Of a stretch of DNA of 64,000 bases, positions 59,701 to 64,000 are shown in pieces. The stretch spans positions 1 through 64,000 of the forward strand of contig JAUCBJ010008580.1 in NCBI GenBank assembly GCA_032718475.1. The letters are read 5' to 3'. Source of the DNA: Nemertoderma westbladi. Taxonomy: Eukaryota > Animalia > Xenacoelomorpha. The notes beneath the pieces were generated by a model. The model was not told where the DNA came from and searched no databases. It saw only the letters and a list, made by a program, of their open reading frames with translations. Position 1 is the stretch's first letter. Every line of letters begins with the position of its first letter. Made by a program: the position numbers and the translations under genes.

Positions 59701-62601
59701 GCCGATTTAGAGCTTCACAGCTTTAGTGACGCTAGCAAGGATGGATTGGGGGTTACTTTATACCTTAGACGACAAGTGACATCGGACAGCTACGATGTAT
59801 CTCTCGTTACTTCAAGGGCTAGAACAATGCCATTGAAGTATATGACTGTACCTCGTGGGGAGCTGCAAGCCGGGACGATATCCACCGATATTGTCAGTCT
59901 AGTTCAACGCGAGCTGGAGGCTAACTTGAAGGTCACATATTGGACGGATGCGACGTTGGTACTTTGGTACATAAACAACGAAACATTTGAGTTCAAGACT
60001 TTCGTAGCCAACAGACGGGCTGAAATACTAGACCGGTCGCTCAAACAAGATTGGCGTCACTGTCCAGGGAAGCTGAACCCAGCTGACATCGCGTCACGGG
60101 GAATGCAACCACTTGACTTTTGTAAACCGGACAATAAATCCTTTTGGTTTAGAGGACCCGATTTCCTACAGCGACCATCAGACGAATGGCCACCGTTATT
60201 CGACGCGACAACCAACACCATACCAGAGGGTGCCGAGATAAAACTCGACAAGGTTGTCAAGTCTAAAGCGAAAGCCAACGCCAAGGTCAAGAGGAAAAAG
60301 GGACGGACGAAATCTGATGACCTGGACGCCAGACCTGACATTACGCCAGACGTCTCGCCAGACACTCGACCAGACGCTTGTACGAATCCTTCGCCGGATG
60401 TTCCGCGGGAGATTTCACCAGACGTTTCGCCGGATTGTTCACCAGATTACTCGCCAGACTATTCACCAGAAGAGACACCAGATTGTTCTCCGGATTGTTC
60501 GCCAGATTGTTTGATGGAACTCTCGACAGAATGTCTACCGGACATCTCACCAGATTGTTCACCAGACATCTCGACCGACTGTCCACCAGACTTTGAATCA
60601 GACTTTCTGACAGAAGTTGCGCTAGACAGACTTTGGGACCGACGACCGGACATTTCGCCGGATGTTCCGCGCTATGTCTCACCAGACGTCTCACCAGACT
60701 GTTCACCAGACGCTTCACCAGACTGTCTACTAGATACTCCATTAGAAGACCCATTGGAGCGGACTTTTAGAGACGTACTAAATTTGACTTCTTTGGACGA
60801 CAAAGGAGTAGCCACAGGGATTACACTCCGCTCGAAGAAGGTACTTGACTTACCTACAGGTAAAGTGGTGACTAAGGTTAGGAAGCTTACAGGCTCACAG
60901 GAACACACTGACACTGTAGAGTTGAAACCATTACTGCCAGTCGACATATTAGGTGCGGACGGCAAAGGTAAGACCGTAGAGATTGACGTACTTGGGGACT
61001 CAGACAAACCTACCGGAAGGCCCGTGGGCCTACCAAGTCCAGACAAGTATCCACACTACGACTACACCTTACCCGATGACGTCACTAACACTTACGTAGA
61101 CAGGATAGTGAACCTAACTAGATCATGGACTGACGCGTGCCGCAAGTTAGCATGGCTCAAACGATTGAGACAATATGCCAGAGGCAAACGCGACTTTCCT
61201 AGAAGACTTACCTTAAAGGAAATTGAACACTGTGAAGTTGATATCATTCGACATTATCAATTGCGATATTTCGCACGAGAGTTCACAGCGATCAAACAAG
61301 GTAAACAGATTAAGTCTTCACCGATTTTGAGTTGGAGTCCGATTATTTACCGGGGCTTACTTTGTCACAAGTCCAGACTCCAAAACATCGACTTTGCACT
61401 TGACTTTAGGTATCCTATCATCATACCGCAACACCATGAGTTACAGCGCGCTATGATACTGGACGCACATGTACAACTCAAACACGTAGGTAGACACCAC
61501 TGTCTATCACACTTACGCTCGAGGTTTGTACTGATTAGACCTAGTAAGGCACTGAGTTCAGTAACACGGAACTGTATTATTTGTAAGAAGGTGCACGCGA
61601 GGATAGGACACCAAGAAATGAGTGAACTACCATTAGCTAGATTACAGGCATTTAGACCCCCTTTCACTGAGACAGGGATAGACTGTTTTGGACCCATAAT
61701 CGCGAAACGCGGAAGGGTACAGGTAAAACGTTGGGGATTGATCTTCACTTGCATGGCCAGCAGAGCTGTCCATATAGAGCGAGTGACAGACTTGTCCACC
61801 AATGCCTTTATCCTAGCCTTACGGCGATTTATCGCTAGACGTGGATTGGTCAAATCCATATACTGCGACCAAGGGACAAACTTTGTGGGTGCACGGAACG
61901 AGATAACCAGAGCTTTGAGAAAATTGGACCAAAACCAGATTTCCGAGGAACTACGTCCTCACCGTATTGTTTGGTTTTTCAATACTCCAGACAGTCCGTG
62001 GAGAGGCGGCGTTTGGGAAAGGCTGATTGGCTCAATAAAGACAGCTATGGCTAAAGTCGTACCGACGCAACACATCTTGACAGACGACCAACTGACGACG
62101 TTACTAATAGAAATCGAAGCAATCTTAAATACCAGACCGATCGCTTTGATCCCACACAATAACGACGTACAGTTTGCCTTGACACCAGCGCACCTGCTTA
62201 TGCAGGCGCCGACGACACTGTTGCCCATTTCGGTACCCGTTGATAGTGACGGATACGGCAACAAGGCTTGGAAAATCACTCAATTACTTGCAAATAAATT
62301 CTGGGAAATATGGCAGAAATATTATTTGCCCTCTATTTCGACCAGAACCTCTTGGTATATAAATACCCGGTGTTTAAAACGTGGTGACCATGTTTTATTG
62401 GCTGAAGCCAATCTGAGAAGACGGTTTTGGCTGACTGGAGTCATTTTGACCACGCACCCTACATCTGGTGTAGTGAGGACAGTTACTGTACGGACTATCG
62501 ACGGACGTACCGTAGATAGGCCTGTACAACGTCTCGTACTCCTCGAGGAGACTAGAAACGAGACGGGAGACTACAAATCTCCACCCAATATTAGTAAATA
62601 G
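53761..62601 (+). CDS. BEL-2 Gag-Pol polyprotein, 2946 aa, uninterrupted
   Basis: PPKFSGN; CWRCMKPGHVRKDC; CSLCGRNHDALLH; protease ILDSAS; RT CDVEAMFHQV and FYVDD; RNase H FSDAS and NPADIASRG; integrase HHCC, GIDCFGP, CDQGTNF, WERLIG. Confidence 0.97.
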   Translation: MSDTPHSTRYPPTDYDSCDPDRSTVDEPRRRTRDSTDVTPLASPVPQTEIPEAATRGDGRIEDFLTVPQTRSREPDMVSSTGSQENVIRSIGGHMAQITRNLGEGFRVLRELTAPMSRYEFYTLQVRIESRVHASVDKLKGLHELAELRGDNFTQVKIVDKLVSARESIIQFKSVISLAQQEQFDQLLGESVSDALLQPEEEEELYCLDGRLETLTNFLRRCGVPIDEPEVEPRGTTEVLTTEGSRAYQHPPLDRSFVSVRSDVGNVGDVSRTASGITRQQQEVARRQQVAEEEARHQMAQIAIEGEKQRREDEAKIAQLKAQAEFEASEMRRLEEDLAREAAAAAAADELARKKAASDARAKLEARQINARLAIQEAELAAQQQDADRREREMQLQFELNRRSRETANAQADLELDARDRSMRSRTGHDLSALDRMEARYRGIQKRIEEGSVGAIDRGEEFVEDYCKRFPQVIPMLKPTTPIKPVFVTKPKEITPVRSTQGNRFVVTEIPQPRATSSPILAGNVTSPPTVSRSLLVGREEPAFMTIKQVSKPLQVKPVTCCANPVIYRPTTKPDYFTRPLTQCSTQPTTSWKACEPTELRRRMDVGSTHGIGQRIARPTTSWKACEPTERRRAVDSGPQRTRPRIIRRTRTRQPPYPDDSDSSSDSESTEREIFRTGAAEDCKREERSTNPYIDNPPRETPQQKPTLKPAETISAKQFTEMTDRIAQLEERLEAQPSDRSRTSVELEQPRQHRPPRREQETRRTPTHREEDPVNNSYRRTTRGRERLDDATEQGRGQLDLVSEIAKFAARHGLPAQQPPKFSGNAKHWRTLVDYVESQIAKCAFTSTEKFNYLLQVLSGEPKRLAETFIGVPDAFELAYDRLYSIYGGNVAMAKSIIEDLCRGGNISRPIDLLRLADEIKNAIGTLRSIGQLEYANAPTVLIRIIGRLHHRLRREWRRIEYQREEAGGLLKLTDVYQLISREAVIETRSNYTDHHIAAEGITVSAPNRTKPFPTNAKAVTYATPTETSKVLTPIGTTQPRQQLPADFVGCSYCERNGRNHSGHKLRACRAFKELGIEERRLQIRSLDSCWRCMKPGHVRKDCPSDDTCSLCGRNHDALLHTTSHTPTRRFRREHPDKAARCDALYKERAPREIRTFYTDCMDQSGSSEEDEEEDDTFYVHAGEEQPSITLLTQNQLKGFSVIPIKITGTRGSKRIYAILDSASSHSYVDEQVADVVTDLSQGKTAQYTVSSMHGKRAIPVTRVKLTLDTLLSKAEHSKEERSLLPVRNLTFAATKDFSNLLGPVPEQSPEDRKYFRHLGIPECPVNYRSIAMLIGTDQFNLHQVWETRPSVITAGNPYACRTPIGWYTRAPIRSLEVSDQEDDVLSTCSLLTNTIDNSPSHSCGPIVRTALRQTCVTNADATDTDVTDLDTTIRTSDLQLLAVDQVVLTTEDLRVVAVDDSMNEDFGRLASLPKNPKVIDPTHQASTPVVDLGRLASLPIDQEVVKPPHDNSTPTSDTGRLASLPDTLTLATAADEDVDEDHGAVQAALDRLLTERTIQWLEQDSAEPGSYETAMSEQEKRSLNIMRDTIRQTANGHYEVGMLWCNGQPKLVNNYPLALRRLKSIRQRLLRDETAHMQYNAQLQTYLQKGYAIRMLNPEVTTDQTYYLPHHFVRHPDKPGKVRVVNDCAALYQGMSMNSELMDGPNMNNYLMGVLMRFRQRKVAFTCDVEAMFHQVKALERDRDSLRFLWYPDGNLQLPPETYQMQVRVFGARDSPNCTMYALKQTALDRRDQFDPEVVRTMERDFYVDDGLKSCDTLERATTVAHQLQDCLAEGGFHLTKFASNEPELVNSFDPMDRSGGDLDLDLEPLPTTKVLGLSWDPNTDNFRVRVRSNDQTRPLTKRTCLSTMSRLYDPLCFISPVILHARIILRSIWQAGLEWDDPIPEKLAERWRDWEAQLTFLQDYTIPRVYFPLQTTFPADLELHSFSDASKDGLGVTLYLRRQVTSDSYDVSLVTSRARTMPLKYMTVPRGELQAGTISTDIVSLVQRELEANLKVTYWTDATLVLWYINNETFEFKTFVANRRAEILDRSLKQDWRHCPGKLNPADIASRGMQPLDFCKPDNKSFWFRGPDFLQRPSDEWPPLFDATTNTIPEGAEIKLDKVVKSKAKANAKVKRKKGRTKSDDLDARPDITPDVSPDTRPDACTNPSPDVPREISPDVSPDCSPDYSPDYSPEETPDCSPDCSPDCLMELSTECLPDISPDCSPDISTDCPPDFESDFLTEVALDRLWDRRPDISPDVPRYVSPDVSPDCSPDASPDCLLDTPLEDPLERTFRDVLNLTSLDDKGVATGITLRSKKVLDLPTGKVVTKVRKLTGSQEHTDTVELKPLLPVDILGADGKGKTVEIDVLGDSDKPTGRPVGLPSPDKYPHYDYTLPDDVTNTYVDRIVNLTRSWTDACRKLAWLKRLRQYARGKRDFPRRLTLKEIEHCEVDIIRHYQLRYFAREFTAIKQGKQIKSSPILSWSPIIYRGLLCHKSRLQNIDFALDFRYPIIIPQHHELQRAMILDAHVQLKHVGRHHCLSHLRSRFVLIRPSKALSSVTRNCIICKKVHARIGHQEMSELPLARLQAFRPPFTETGIDCFGPIIAKRGRVQVKRWGLIFTCMASRAVHIERVTDLSTNAFILALRRFIARRGLVKSIYCDQGTNFVGARNEITRALRKLDQNQISEELRPHRIVWFFNTPDSPWRGGVWERLIGSIKTAMAKVVPTQHILTDDQLTTLLIEIEAILNTRPIALIPHNNDVQFALTPAHLLMQAPTTLLPISVPVDSDGYGNKAWKITQLLANKFWEIWQKYYLPSISTRTSWYINTRCLKRGDHVLLAEANLRRRFWLTGVILTTHPTSGVVRTVTVRTIDGRTVDRPVQRLVLLEETRNETGDYKSPPNISK
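60325..60730 (+). repeat. In-frame 12-bp coding minisatellite (SPDx repeats)
   Basis: TC(A/G)CC(A/G)GA(C/T) recurring at 12-bp period; protein SPDVSPDCSPDYSPDY. Confidence 0.9.
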
Positions 62602-63339
62602 ATGTGGGACCTTGGTTGGCCGCCACATAGACCTACTGTATTTTAGTTATTTGTATTTGTATTACTGTACGTGCATTTGTAATCCTCTTCACTGTAGATA
62701 GAGACAGCGGTGGAATTCCATTGTCTTTATACGTGAACATGGAGGGTAGTACCCTTATGTATCACATAGGAGCGGGATTGTGTGTACAGTAGGAATGGAA
62801 TTCCACTTGGAACCCACAAGTGAGACATTTTCAAAAATTATTAGACAAATCCATTTATTTGGATTTAAATTTAAGAAAAACGATTCTCCAGTGAAAGCAA
62901 ATTCTAGAATACAGCTAGAAAAAAAAAAAAATTAAAATTGGGGAGGACAAGAGCGGATGGAAGGCTTGCGAGCCTACCGATAAATTTTTTTTGGAAAAGA
63001 AAATCGGTCTTGTTCTACGTAGTCGTGTCTACTATTATTTTGACCAATTAATTCTCGACTGCACTATTTTTCTTGGAAAACGTAGTTTGGGAAATTAAAA
63101 GGTGAGTATTTTAGACTCGCGGCTAGTTTACCCGGAATTCGTTTTTTATCGGCACAATTTTGGATTAGGAGCCAGTGCGAAATTACGCGAACCCGAAATC
63201 ATTAGGCAAAATGGGTTGGGGTTTAGAGCAGAGTTGAGCCAAAAGCCGACAAACTCTGAAGTCACCTCACATCTAACCTCTATTTTGTGCTTCATCTAGT
63301 AGAAACGTAACGATATGTAACCACATATATTCGTATACA

Positions 63340-64000
63340 ATGGAGAAGATGTATAAAGAGTTACGTCAAGGGTTTACGCAAGAACAGGAGCACCAGGCGC
63401 CATTTAATCGTTATGGAGCTAAAAACTTTAGTGTGTTTGGAGTGGAGAGTATGGCTAGGAGTACAGCCAAGCTCGCTAAATCCAAGGCGGACCCGAATGT
63501 TACGCGACAGCGGTTGGACGCATACAACAAAAGAACGGAGGAATTACGCGCGGAATACAATGCGTTATATCCCTACGATGCGTTATGCGACGCTAGCGAC
63601 ATTTGCGAGGATCCAGACACCGAAATACGCCGATTGTATCATACGCTGCAATATTTGACGGTAAACGAACCTTTACCTGCAGCTAGAGACGAATTTGAAG
63701 GAATGCATCTTTATAGACGCGCTCGAGGAGCGGATCCAGAGACCAAGGATGCGTTTTCCGTATATAAACTGTTCTATAAATGCGGAGCGTGTATGCGCGA
63801 GCAAGACAACGCGATTCCTATGCGGTTGAACTCGGAGAACCCCGAGCCGATATTAGCGCGATGTTCACACCACCAAAGTCTACGTTATCAAGAAGGCGGA
63901 TACCCTTTGACAAACCCGTATCATTCGTTTAAGATGAGTGGACCAAACGCGGGTGAAATTGTTATTTACGAACCAAAATTAGTCGAACCAGACGTCTACA
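63340..64000 (+). CDS. BEL-2 accessory ORF, N-terminal 220 codons, open to the window end (absent from the ORF track)
   Basis: Manual translation MEKMYKELRQ...DPDTEIRRLYHTLQYLTVNEPLP...FEGMHLY...LFYKCGAC...RCSHH... has no stop and aligns with the BEL-1 accessory ORF. Confidence 0.85.
   Translation, partial: MEKMYKELRQGFTQEQEHQAPFNRYGAKNFSVFGVESMARSTAKLAKSKADPNVTRQRLDAYNKRTEELRAEYNALYPYDALCDASDICEDPDTEIRRLYHTLQYLTVNEPLPAARDEFEGMHLYRRARGADPETKDAFSVYKLFYKCGACMREQDNAIPMRLNSENPEPILARCSHHQSLRYQEGGYPLTNPYHSFKMSGPNAGEIVIYEPKLVEPDVY

Larger units (their letters stand above)
50675..64000 (+). mobile_element. BEL/Pao LTR retrotransposon BEL-2, apparently intact, extends beyond the window
   Basis: Putative LTR, ~2.5-kb leader, uninterrupted Gag-Pol, downstream accessory ORF. 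Confidence 0.9.

Noticed and set aside
53713-62628. Many short minus-strand and off-frame ORFs over BEL-2 (likewise over BEL-1, Gypsy and RTE ORFs)
   Set aside because: Shadows of long coding frames with no recognisable motifs.

Overview
This is a eukaryotic (probably invertebrate animal) window made almost entirely of nested transposable elements, with no intact host gene. It holds a 20.9-kb BEL/Pao LTR retrotransposon (3999-24919, minus, TSD ATGAG) with an extra internal sister LTR, a deleted copy of that family (40209-45280), and a second divergent BEL/Pao element with an intact 2946-aa Gag-Pol (53761-62601) that runs off the window. It also holds two nested Gypsy (Mag-like) elements, two solo LTRs, two RTE-clade LINEs, an RTE-X-like fragment, TTAA-specific piggyBac-like non-autonomous elements and Helitron-like repeats. 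The main candidate for a new system: both BEL/Pao families carry a homologous large accessory ORF after pol, where env would sit. In the first element it reconstructs to about 1410 aa, with a DEDDy (WRN/EXD2/Mut-7/Egalitarian-type) 3'-5' exonuclease-like domain, Cys/His zinc-knuckle motifs and a Lys/Arg-rich tail, preceded by a splice-acceptor-like signal. The intact element carries eight copies of a 20-nt hairpin (GGAAGGCYYGYGRGCCTACC) read in all three frames and in non-coding DNA, one copy with a compensatory base-pair change. Together these suggest a 'complex' retrotransposon with an accessory RNA-binding or nuclease protein and a cis RNA element; that pairing is inference. All domain calls come from motif recognition by eye, with no database search.
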